Shown here piece after piece: positions 51,153-60,164 of a DNA stretch of 62,097 nucleotides. The stretch comes from Candidatus Uhrbacteria bacterium. Lineage in GTDB: Bacteria > Patescibacteriota > Patescibacteriia > GWA2-47-26. How positions within the stretch are numbered: position 1 is the first letter of the stretch; each line of letters opens with the position of its first letter. The translations under genes were made by a program, and so were the position numbers. The notes beneath the pieces were generated by a model, which had not been told where the DNA came from, ran no database searches, and worked only from the letters and a program-made list of their open reading frames with translations. The stretch is from positions 1 to 62,097 of the forward strand of contig JACPJN010000001.1 in NCBI GenBank assembly GCA_016187515.1. Direction: 5' to 3'.

Positions 51153-53573
51153 ATGATAAAGATAAGTAAGCGTTTTGGGATTTTAAGCACGGGATTTTTT
51201 TTGGCTATTCCGCTTTTAGTTTACGCGGTAGAGACCGGGAAAGTGTTAGAGAATTTTAGCGCGCCGGGACGCCTGGACGAACGCGCTACCTCCGCGTTTT
51301 TAGACACAGCCGTGAAGCAGGTGAGTTTGCCGCTACGCGCTACCGTGCGCGATTTAGGCGTGGGACTGCAAGGATTGGGACGCAGTGAAATCGGCGCGGT
51401 CGCGGTGAGCGCGGATTATATCATGGTGGGCGGGTCTAATGGCGCGCTCAATATCATTAGCCGCGGAACCGGTACGGCGCAAAATATTAGCGCTTTGATT
51501 GCCAATGCCCGGCGAGTCCGCGGCATTGGTTTTTTGGAAAGCCAGGGCCTCTGGGTAGTTGCCGGGGAAGCCAAGACCGGGACGGGCGCGATGTTTTACA
51601 CGCTCGATCGCGCCGGAACTGTCGCGCGCGATTTGCAATCCTCGGCCAAAGCAGCCGACCTGGATCGCATTGATCAGGTGGCCTGCGGCGCGGATACCTG
51701 CGTACTTATCGGCGTAAAGGGCTCCAGTAGCAAACAAGCGGTGCGTTTTGATGGATCAGCTTTGGTAAATATCACCGGCACTTTCGCGCTAAATACCGCC
51801 GGCCCCTGGGCGGTTTCCAGCGGGCCAGGCGACATCGCGCTGGCCGGAGTGTTTAAAGATCCGACTGTCGGGGCGCGCGAGCCGTTTATCATTCGCGTGT
51901 ATCGGCTGCGCGCAGGCAGTTGGCAGAAAATTACCAGCGATGAATTGCTTAGGAGCGCCCAGGAACCCAGAATTAATTTGAATTTTACCGGTTCCCAGTG
52001 GGTTTTGGCGCGGCGCGGGTCCGGGGCCGGATTTCCGTTTCGAATGTGGACCATTGATGAAACGCGTTTTTCCGAGATCACTCCGAGATTTGGGAATATT
52101 GGAGCGCGTCTGACTTTTGATCCGCTTTTCGCAGGCGGCGCCGGGAATTTTTACTATATTGGCGGCCAGGGTTTGTTTACCGATCTGGGCGGAGCTCTGG
52201 AGCTTTCCAATGGCCGTTTGCCCGCCCTTGCCGGAGTAAAAGTAAATGCCTTGCTTGCGCTCGAAGGGAGAATTCTGATTGCCGGGCTGGTTAGGGGAGC
52301 ACCGCAGCTGCTGGAACTTGATTTACAGGGTTTTGTGCCCTCGGCCACGCTGACGACAAAAAAGATTGCTTCGGCCGGATCCGGAAAGTATTTTAAAAAA
52401 GCCACGGTGCGTTCCGAAGGAGTATTTCCGAGCGGAACCGGGGTGCTTTACGCGCTTTCGCCGGACGGCGGAGCGCATTTTGAGCAATTTGAGCCGGATC
52501 GCGCGCGCGAATTTACGAGTCAAGGGGAAGAGCTGCGCTTACAGTTAACTTTGAGCACCGCGGACAGCCAGCTGACTCCGAGCGTAAAATCCGTCACTAT
52601 TGAATTTGAAAAAGATGAAGTGGAAACCGCGGCGACTTTGCGAAAACATGACGATCGCCGGATTGCCGATCTTAAAAATATCGCGCGCGCGCTTGACCAA
52701 TTTAAAAAAGATCGGCGCGTCTATCCAATCGTGGACGGCAATCGCCCCGCGGTTCGTTATGATCAGCTTTCCGCGCTGCTGAAAGAAGGTAAATATCTGG
52801 CGGCCATGCCCACTGACCCGGAAGAGAATCGCGAGGCCGATCAGGTTTATGATTACATTTCCGCAACCGGCGGCAGCGCTTATGTGCTGCGCGCTCGTCT
52901 GGAAGAGAGTGGGAGCAAACGTTTTGAAAAAGACGCGGATGGCCAGCCGGTGGAGCCGAACTTGTTTGACTACAGTTGCGATGACCCTTGGTACTGCGAA
53001 GGCAAAGGGTTTACGGTTTCGACTGCGCCCGTGGAGGCGCCGCCGATCCCGCGGGGAATTGAAGAGCTTTGGAGAACGGAGGATGGCCGGGTTTATCGGG
53101 TGGCCACCATTGGCGGAGGCGCCACTCCAGTTGAACGCCGCCGTCTGTACATCCCGCGGCCGTCAGTGCTGCGGAAGCTAATCCGATTTTATGGGAATAT
53201 GCGGCAAGTTGGGAAAGCGCAGATTGAACAAGTTCCGCGGGCAAAATTGGTCAAACTTGCGGATAAAGACGATCTCTATTATATTACCGAGACCTTTCTA
53301 AAGCGCCGTTTGCCCAGCCGCGCGGTGTTTGATTCCTACGGCAACAGTCCGCGCGAGATTGTGACGGTAAAACAAGAAGAGCTGGAGGCCTACGGCGATT
53401 CGCGACTGATTCGCTTGACCGGCGACCAGAAGATTTGGTATCTTGAAAATGGAGTGCGGCGCTGGATTCCGAATCCCACCGTGTTTCGTGAGCGGGGCTT
53501 TAATTGGAAGGAAGTGGCGCCGGTCAATTTTGCGGAGTATAATAGTTATCCCGAAGGTCCGCCGCTTCCGTAG
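51153..53573 (+). CDS. Secreted 806-aa protein with an embedded pilin-like (pseudopilin globular) module
   Basis: Signal anchor FGILSTGFFLAIPLLVYA. The segment RRIADLKNIARALDQFKKDRRVYP...YLAAMPTDP...YDYISATGGSAYVLRARLE follows the type IV pilin/GspG-like pattern without the N-terminal methylation motif. Confidence 0.65.
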   Translation: MIKISKRFGILSTGFFLAIPLLVYAVETGKVLENFSAPGRLDERATSAFLDTAVKQVSLPLRATVRDLGVGLQGLGRSEIGAVAVSADYIMVGGSNGALNIISRGTGTAQNISALIANARRVRGIGFLESQGLWVVAGEAKTGTGAMFYTLDRAGTVARDLQSSAKAADLDRIDQVACGADTCVLIGVKGSSSKQAVRFDGSALVNITGTFALNTAGPWAVSSGPGDIALAGVFKDPTVGAREPFIIRVYRLRAGSWQKITSDELLRSAQEPRINLNFTGSQWVLARRGSGAGFPFRMWTIDETRFSEITPRFGNIGARLTFDPLFAGGAGNFYYIGGQGLFTDLGGALELSNGRLPALAGVKVNALLALEGRILIAGLVRGAPQLLELDLQGFVPSATLTTKKIASAGSGKYFKKATVRSEGVFPSGTGVLYALSPDGGAHFEQFEPDRAREFTSQGEELRLQLTLSTADSQLTPSVKSVTIEFEKDEVETAATLRKHDDRRIADLKNIARALDQFKKDRRVYPIVDGNRPAVRYDQLSALLKEGKYLAAMPTDPEENREADQVYDYISATGGSAYVLRARLEESGSKRFEKDADGQPVEPNLFDYSCDDPWYCEGKGFTVSTAPVEAPPIPRGIEELWRTEDGRVYRVATIGGGATPVERRRLYIPRPSVLRKLIRFYGNMRQVGKAQIEQVPRAKLVKLADKDDLYYITETFLKRRLPSRAVFDSYGNSPREIVTVKQEELEAYGDSRLIRLTGDQKIWYLENGVRRWIPNPTVFRERGFNWKEVAPVNFAEYNSYPEGPPLP

Positions 53574-53652
53574 GATTGCGCGCAACCGGCCGGATGTGGT
53601 ATATTAGAGCTGTTGCCTTATTAGAAACTTAAACTCTTAACTCATTTGATTT

Positions 53653-54660
53653 ATGTACCGCCTTTTCATCAGTCGGACAACGTTTTTAAGAAGTATTGCG
53701 GTTGTGCTTGGCGCTTTTGTGGTGGTGGCGCTCGCCGTCCGCGCCTCGCACACCTCCACCACGATAGGCACCAATGTCGTAACCGGAAACGTTACGGCCC
53801 ATGATGTGACCGGCTCCGGAGCGTTAAGTATTACCGGAGCGTCAACGCTGACCGGCAATGTGACGGCCGCCGGTGACTTGGCAGTCAACGGCGGAGACAT
53901 CACTACCACCGCCACCACCTGGAATCTGGATGTGGGTTCAACCGGCACTATCCGTTTTCGAGACGGCACGAATAATCTCATGACCATCGCGGATGCCGGG
54001 ACCACCGGAAATGTTACTGTAACCGGCACTCTCACGGTTGACGGCGCCTCCACGCTTACCGGCAATGTGACAGCCAGCGGTACGCTCGCCGTTACCGGCG
54101 CGCTGACCAATAGCGCGGACAAGACCGACGGACGGATTTTTATCGGTCCGGAAGATTGCAATGGGTTCACTTCCGCCGGAGCGCTTAACAGCACGCAGGC
54201 AACCATGAATCGCGATCAAATCGGCGGCAATGCCGCGGATATTGGCAGTTATTTAATCATAAACCCTCAAGGAGCCAATCAGTCCAATACCATTGTCTGC
54301 GATATCACGAGCGCGCTTTTGCGCACCACCGCCAGCAAAGGATTTCAGATTAATTCTTTGGATGAGATTTATTTTATAACCGCCGGTTTGACGTTAGATT
54401 CTCATAGTGTTACGTTGAAACGCATTGCCTTCGCAAGCAGCGCCGTGCCGACATTTACTACGCTGACCACCACCGGGACAGCCGGTACTACTGGCGCGGC
54501 AGTTACCGGAACTTGGTATGTGACTAACTACCCGGTAAGTTCCCCGGCTTTTCACAATACTGACGATGCCAAATATATTGTGGATATCGCGGTACAGGCC
54601 GACAGCGGAGCCTTTGTCTTCCACGGTCTGTTGCTGAATGTGGATTACAATTATTTGTAG
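53653..54660 (+). CDS. Membrane-anchored repetitive surface protein (335 aa)
   Basis: N-terminal TM. Repeats of the type GASTLTGNVTA.G.LAV.G. Confidence 0.65.
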   Translation: MYRLFISRTTFLRSIAVVLGAFVVVALAVRASHTSTTIGTNVVTGNVTAHDVTGSGALSITGASTLTGNVTAAGDLAVNGGDITTTATTWNLDVGSTGTIRFRDGTNNLMTIADAGTTGNVTVTGTLTVDGASTLTGNVTASGTLAVTGALTNSADKTDGRIFIGPEDCNGFTSAGALNSTQATMNRDQIGGNAADIGSYLIINPQGANQSNTIVCDITSALLRTTASKGFQINSLDEIYFITAGLTLDSHSVTLKRIAFASSAVPTFTTLTTTGTAGTTGAAVTGTWYVTNYPVSSPAFHNTDDAKYIVDIAVQADSGAFVFHGLLLNVDYNYL

Positions 54661-54692
54661 TGAATGAGTAAGTTGGTAAGTGAGTAAGTTGT

Positions 54693-57600
54693 ATGCGCCG
54701 CATCTTTTTGATTACCAGCGCGTTGATTCTTTTCCTGGGTGTATTTTTGACGCGCGCGCCGGCGGCGTACGCCGCGGATGTTACTTTTAACGCAGATACC
54801 ATACTTTCAGGCAACTGGGATAGTTTTGCAACGGTAACGGCAAAAAGCGGCTGTAACGCGACAACGCTTGATGTGCAAAGCGGCAAGATCGTCATTACCG
54901 TGGCTTCCGGCGATTCTTGCGCGCTGGAGACGTCCGCCGGCACGTTTACCACCACCGGCTCGGATACGACCGCCTGCGGACCGCCGATTCGGCTGACCGT
55001 AAACGGCGCGGCAACTAACGTGGAGATTACTCCGGCCAATAGCACATGCGTCCCTACATCAGGGGGCGTCAGCGTGGTAACTTCCCCCGCGCCTCAAACC
55101 CCCGTAAACATTCAAGCCGCCTATTCCTCCAGTCCAGCTCCATCCGGAGCGATCACCCTGACTTGGAAAGATCCCCCGGCGCACGCTTCCAAGATCGAGG
55201 TCTGGCGCAATGAAGGAGGGGTGAGTCCGATTACGGGCCCGCGCGGGATTGTGGCCATCGGGGCGCAGAAATATCTGGACACCGAGCAGATTACCCCCGG
55301 GGTTACTTATATTTATCAATTAATCGCGGTGGGCAGCGGAGGAAAAGGGATTTCACAAGAGGTTCCGGGAGTGGCGATTGCCGGAACCGTTAGCGTGGCG
55401 CCGTCTACGGTGGCGCCCCCGGCGGCGGAACTTAAGCCGGAACTGAAAGTGACCCTTTCCGCGCAAGCGGTGGGCAGTGCCGGCGTTGCCGCCGTTTCTG
55501 CTGTCCCGCTTAGCGGCGCGGTTTCCACCGTGCTGTTTGCGCTGGCCTTTTCCGCCTTGCTTACCGGCGCTTTTTTATTACATTCCCATGTGGATCCGCA
55601 TCGCAGTCCGCTGCAATTTGCGAGCATTTTCCCAATGCTGTTTGCCTCGCCCGCCTATTCTTTTGAACGGCTGGCGCGCCGTACGCCAGCGGGAAAATAT
55701 GAACGTTCTTACAGCAAACACAAGCGCCTGCTGAAAGCGAGCCGAATTTCGCTCCTGTCCACCTTTGTCGCCGCGGCAGTGAAATTATTACTCGTCTTAG
55801 TGGTATTCACGGCCTTTGTTCCGGACTCCCGCTTGCTTTTGGCTCAAGAGGTGAAGGTTAAACCCGGCGAGCAGGTTACGGTTTTAGCCAAGGTGGAAAA
55901 TACGGGCGCCGCCAAGGCCACCAATGTGGTGCTGACCATACCCACCCCGGCCCAAACCAGCTATGTGGAGAATTCCGCCGTGGTCAATGGAAAATCCTCG
56001 GCCCGCGTTCCTGAACAGGGGACGCTCACGATACCGTGGGCAGAGTTGCCGGTAAATTCTTCCCATGAAGTTAGAATGAAGTATAAAGTGGAGTCCGGAG
56101 CGCTGAAAGCCGGAGTAGTTACGATTTCCGCCCAAGCCACGGCCGCGGAGGTTAGCGGCCGGGTGTTTACCTCCAATACCCTGACGTTCCCGGTGGTGGC
56201 GGCTTCCCCAGTCCTGCCGACCCCGAAAGTACCCTTGGCTGCAGTTAAAGAAGCCGCGCCTAAAGCCGCGGAAATCCCGGCGCCAGCGTTGGAGCGCGCG
56301 CCGGAACCGGTACCGCCGTCTTTACCACCCGTAACCCCAGCGACCCCAAAGGAGGCGGTGATCCCTCTGCCGGCTGGCGATCAGACGATCGCGCCGGTGA
56401 TTCCACCCGGCGCGGAAGTAGAACTAGTTATTCCGCCAGCGGTAGAGATCAGTCCGGTTACGCCAATCGCGGCGCGGGGCAGTAGTGTGCAGGCCTTTCC
56501 TAACCCTGCCTTATTAGCGCTGCCTCCCCCGCAACCGGCGTCGGCTTTTGTTCCCAGCGCCGTAACTGTCACCGTGGACTTTAATGCCTCAATATTGGAT
56601 TTGATAAATTCCGCCGGCGCGCTGGCCGGAGTAGTGCCGGTTAGGATGCGGATCAGCGCTCCGGTGCCGGAGGGTACGACCGCGGCTGAACTCGTGATTC
56701 AAAGCGCCCCGCAAATTATTCCTTGCGCGGTTCAAGGCGGGGTGGCTGACTGTAACGCGCAGACCAATTTAGAGCCGGGTCCGCATACCATTTTCGCGCA
56801 GGCGTATACTCCGGAAGGCCTGGTGCGCATCAGCAGCGTGACCCAGTTTATGGCGGCCCTCCCGGCCTGCTTTGACGGCGCGGATAATGACCATGACGGG
56901 TTGACTGATTATCCGGATGATCCGGGCTGTGCTTCCAAGGTGGACACCAATGAGTCCGAATCCGCCATCGCGGCGCTGGCCCCGCTATTGCCGGAGCCGG
57001 CCGCGAAAGCGGTAGTACAAGCCGTTGCCGCTGTTTCGCGATCCGCGACTTATCAAGTCCTGGATAAGCAGATCATTAATAATCCGACGGTTGAAAAAAT
57101 AACGGTTACCGTGGCCGCTCCGGTTGTCGTAGCCGCCGCCGCGGCCAATACCGGCGCGGCGGTCGCCTCCACCGCGGTTTCCTTTACCAGTTTGCTGACC
57201 TATCTGCAGGGATTTATTACTCAACCGCTCTTGCTCTTTACCCGCCGGCGCCGCAAATCCTGGGGCTTGGTCTATTCCTCCTTAACTAAGCTTCCGGTGG
57301 ATCTCGCGCTCGTGCGGTTGTTTGAGCATACTCCCGCCGGAGTAAAAGGCCGCTTACTGCAAACCCGCGTGACGGACAAAGCCGGCCGGTATGTCTTGAT
57401 CGCGTCGCCGGGCAGCTATACGGTGGAAGTCACCAAGCCCGGCTTTAACTTCCCTTCCAAGTTCCTCCTTGGAAAAACCGCGGATCTGGATTATATGGAT
57501 TTGTATTTGGGCGGGCCGCTTGAGCTTGCGGGCGGACAGACCACGCTGACCCGTCCGATTCCGGTTGATCCGCTGGAAAAAACCGAAACCCCCAAGGACG

Positions 57601-58355
57601 TGATTGCCCGCCAGCGCAAGCGCAATCTGCAGAAGACCGTGGCTTATTCCGGGCCGTTTCTGGCCATGGCCGCAGTCGTGATTACCCCGAGTTTGACCAC
57701 CGGACTCCTGCTTTTGGCCCAGCTGGGCATGCTGGGGCTGTTTAAGCGGCTGGCCATTGCCAAACCCCCGCCTTCTTGGGGAGTGGTAAAAGACGCGCGC
57801 TCGGGTCAGCCCATACCCTACGCGGTTACGCGTATCTTTGATACCCAATTTAATAAACTCCTGGAAACCCAGATCACGGATTCAAATGGACGCTATGCTT
57901 TTCTGGTCGGCCGCGGATCTTTTTACATTACCATCGAGCGGCCCGGTTACCGGCCATATCGGAGCGCCACGCTGGACTTAACTTCCGCGCGGGCCAAGGA
58001 AATTATTCGTCAAGAAGTGCGCCTGGAGCCCGGCGCTCCGGAAGCGCAAAGAACGCCGGAAGCGGTCGGGATTACGCCTTCTTCAGCAATGATTTCCGCG
58101 CCGGAGAGCGCGCCGCCACCCGCGCTGGAACCCGCACCCGAACCCGCGCTGCCACCCGCGTCGGAACCCGCCCCATCTCCCTTGGCCATTGGTACTCCTA
58201 CAGTACAGAATCCTTCACAAGCTGATCAGCCAGCCGCGCTGACTACGCCGCCGGGCAAAGGCAATGGCAAAGGCAACGGCAACGGGAATGGACAAGGCAA
58301 CGCCAGGAACGGGAACGGCAAGAACAAGAAGATGAATGGCATTGCGCGGGCCTAG
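54693..58355 (+). CDS. Giant multi-domain envelope protein (1220 aa)
   Basis: Signal peptide, several TM segments, a DUF11-like repeat (VKVKPGEQVTVLAKVENTGAAKATNVVL), a C-x-DG-x-DND-x-DG motif, two carboxypeptidase-regulatory-like units (TD..GRY......GSY.....PG) and a GNG/GKG tail. Confidence 0.7.
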   Translation: MRRIFLITSALILFLGVFLTRAPAAYAADVTFNADTILSGNWDSFATVTAKSGCNATTLDVQSGKIVITVASGDSCALETSAGTFTTTGSDTTACGPPIRLTVNGAATNVEITPANSTCVPTSGGVSVVTSPAPQTPVNIQAAYSSSPAPSGAITLTWKDPPAHASKIEVWRNEGGVSPITGPRGIVAIGAQKYLDTEQITPGVTYIYQLIAVGSGGKGISQEVPGVAIAGTVSVAPSTVAPPAAELKPELKVTLSAQAVGSAGVAAVSAVPLSGAVSTVLFALAFSALLTGAFLLHSHVDPHRSPLQFASIFPMLFASPAYSFERLARRTPAGKYERSYSKHKRLLKASRISLLSTFVAAAVKLLLVLVVFTAFVPDSRLLLAQEVKVKPGEQVTVLAKVENTGAAKATNVVLTIPTPAQTSYVENSAVVNGKSSARVPEQGTLTIPWAELPVNSSHEVRMKYKVESGALKAGVVTISAQATAAEVSGRVFTSNTLTFPVVAASPVLPTPKVPLAAVKEAAPKAAEIPAPALERAPEPVPPSLPPVTPATPKEAVIPLPAGDQTIAPVIPPGAEVELVIPPAVEISPVTPIAARGSSVQAFPNPALLALPPPQPASAFVPSAVTVTVDFNASILDLINSAGALAGVVPVRMRISAPVPEGTTAAELVIQSAPQIIPCAVQGGVADCNAQTNLEPGPHTIFAQAYTPEGLVRISSVTQFMAALPACFDGADNDHDGLTDYPDDPGCASKVDTNESESAIAALAPLLPEPAAKAVVQAVAAVSRSATYQVLDKQIINNPTVEKITVTVAAPVVVAAAAANTGAAVASTAVSFTSLLTYLQGFITQPLLLFTRRRRKSWGLVYSSLTKLPVDLALVRLFEHTPAGVKGRLLQTRVTDKAGRYVLIASPGSYTVEVTKPGFNFPSKFLLGKTADLDYMDLYLGGPLELAGGQTTLTRPIPVDPLEKTETPKDVIARQRKRNLQKTVAYSGPFLAMAAVVITPSLTTGLLLLAQLGMLGLFKRLAIAKPPPSWGVVKDARSGQPIPYAVTRIFDTQFNKLLETQITDSNGRYAFLVGRGSFYITIERPGYRPYRSATLDLTSARAKEIIRQEVRLEPGAPEAQRTPEAVGITPSSAMISAPESAPPPALEPAPEPALPPASEPAPSPLAIGTPTVQNPSQADQPAALTTPPGKGNGKGNGNGNGQGNARNGNGKNKKMNGIARA

Positions 58356-58369
58356 ACCTCGTCCTTAGT

Positions 58370-58963
58370 ATGCGGATTGGTTTGTTTATCGGCAGATTTC
58401 AGCCCCTGCACAAGGGGCATGTTTTAATAATAAAAAAATGCGGGCGACAGGTTGATCGGCTAGTTATTGGGCTGGGCTCTTCCAACGCGGAACTAGCTTG
58501 CAAAAATCCCTTTACAGCAGGGGAGCGGCGTGAGATGATCAGGAGAGGAATGAAGGAGGCCGGGGTGCGTAACTATGCGGTGGCGGAGCTTCCGGACTTT
58601 AAGAGTGATGCGGAGTGGGTAAAGGAGGTGTTGGAGCGTGTACGTGGAGTTGCTCCCACCCCTCCTAACCTCCCCTCGGGCAGGGGAGGAAAAATTGTTT
58701 CTCCCCCTTTTCAAGGGGGAGTTAGAGGGGGTCCAGCATCATTTGATCTCGCCTGGTCCGGAAGTGAGTGGGTGCAGCGCGTGTTTAAGGAAGAGGGTCT
58801 GCCGATCGAACCGATTAAAGAATTTCCCGGACTTTCCGCCACAAAAATTCGCCGCAAGATGTCCAAAGGGCTGCCCTGGCTAAAGTATGTGCCGCTTTCG
58901 GTACGCAAGTATCTGCGCGAGATCGGGGCGGTAAAACGCGTAAGAACACTATGCTCGCGCTAA
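58370..58963 (+). CDS. Nicotinamide-nucleotide adenylyltransferase (archaeal NadM-type) carrying an in-frame repeat insert
   Basis: GLFIGRFQPLHKGHV (the HxGH-type motif of cytidylyltransferase-fold enzymes) and a C-terminal SATKIR-like motif. Confidence 0.8.
   Translation: MRIGLFIGRFQPLHKGHVLIIKKCGRQVDRLVIGLGSSNAELACKNPFTAGERREMIRRGMKEAGVRNYAVAELPDFKSDAEWVKEVLERVRGVAPTPPNLPSGRGGKIVSPPFQGGVRGGPASFDLAWSGSEWVQRVFKEEGLPIEPIKEFPGLSATKIRRKMSKGLPWLKYVPLSVRKYLREIGAVKRVRTLCSR
58651..58732. repeat. Double-hairpin C/G-tract element inside the NMNAT gene
   Basis: TGCTCCCACCCCTCCTAACCTCCCCTCGGGCAGGGGAGGAAAAATTGTTTCTCCCCCTTTTCAAGGGGGAGTTAGAGGGGGT is read as APTPPNLPSGRGGKIVSPPFQGGVRGG. Confidence 0.85.
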
Positions 58964-59079
58964 GTTTTTCCGCATCAATGCAGGAATTGCCTATGCAAGA
59001 AGTAGAGCATGAAAGTAAGCCCAATATGATTAACAGTTCGTTTACTGCCTTCGGCAGAAGCGGAAAAATTTAGGCGGGT

Positions 59080-59439
59080 ATGCAAACCACAATAATTCTC
59101 ATTATCACCATCCTGGCCAACGCGCTGGCGAATGTGTTCATTAAGTTGGGGACTAAAACACTACCGGCGCTGGAGCCGGCAAATTTGATCCAGAATTTAG
59201 GCAAGATCGTAACCAATGGCTGGATTATGCTCGGCGCGCTTCTTTTTGTCACAAATTTCCCGCTTTACAATTTGATTTTGCAGCGGATGAAACTTTCCAT
59301 TGCCTTTCCTTTGATTACTTCCAGCGCTTTCGCGGTGGCGGTGGTCGTTTCAGTATTTGTGTTTCATGAGGGTTTAAAAGTCCCGCATTATGCGGGATTG
59401 GGATTGCTAGTGATAGCCGTGTGGCTACTCGCCCGGTAG
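59080..59439 (+). CDS. SMR/EamA-like small membrane transporter (ArnE-like)
   Basis: 119 aa with four hydrophobic helices. The N-terminus IILIITILANALANVFIKLG is typical of the family. Confidence 0.6.
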   Translation: MQTTIILIITILANALANVFIKLGTKTLPALEPANLIQNLGKIVTNGWIMLGALLFVTNFPLYNLILQRMKLSIAFPLITSSAFAVAVVVSVFVFHEGLKVPHYAGLGLLVIAVWLLAR

Positions 59440-59539
59440 TTAAAGCTCGAATTTTATCAAGATTGGGGTTGGACAGTTCAATTCGTGTACTTGTCGTGTA
59501 TTTGACATTGATATGGCCGCATGATAAAGTGAAGTTGTT

Positions 59540-59734
59540 ATGACCCATACTTCTGCCAAGGCAACAATGCTGACTCCGACAACTGCGCAGGCAATTTTAG
59601 AGGAATTGCGTCTTTTGCGCAATGAGATTACTCTATTATTACCTCATGAGGATCTGGAGGAATATGCGCACCCCGAACGACTCAAGCGATCGCTGGAGAA
59701 TGCCCGCAAGCATTATCCGCTTCGTTCCGTATGA
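59540..59734 (+). CDS. Putative antitoxin (64 aa)
   Basis: Its stop overlaps the toxin start (ATGA, 59731-59734). Confidence 0.5.
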   Translation: MTHTSAKATMLTPTTAQAILEELRLLRNEITLLLPHEDLEEYAHPERLKRSLENARKHYPLRSV

Positions 59735-59988
59735 AGGTTATTCACACGAATGATTTTGAGCGATCGTTTTCAAAATTGCCGCTTGAGATCCAGCGCCTGT
59801 TCACGACGCAAGAGCAGCGGTTCAAAGATAATTGGCACGATTCACGCCTCCATGTAAAGAAAGTGCGCGGTCTGGACGGCGCTTTTTCGCTTCGCATCAC
59901 CCGGCGCTACCGCGCTTTTTTCTATTTTCAAGCCGCAGAGGTTATAATTATATTTGATATTGATCATCGGAAAGACGCGTACGATTAA
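59731..59988 (+). CDS. RelE/ParE-superfamily toxin
   Basis: 85 aa. F...F.KLP...Q......RF..N......LHVKK..G....FSLRIT..YRA.F matches the RelE/ParE/YafQ layout. Confidence 0.7.
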   Translation: MKVIHTNDFERSFSKLPLEIQRLFTTQEQRFKDNWHDSRLHVKKVRGLDGAFSLRITRRYRAFFYFQAAEVIIIFDIDHRKDAYD

Positions 59989-60164
59989 CAATTAGGCAAT
60001 GGCCTTGAATTTGTGATTTGTGACAGGTTAGCGCGCCAGCTAGGCGCTTTTTGAGGTTGTATTCTCGTGAATTTTGTGGGATACTCTAGTAGGTGAAACA
60101 TGCCGATCACCGGATGATCAAAAGGGTTCCGACCGGCCTTATTTTTTGTAATTTCCTGGCAATC

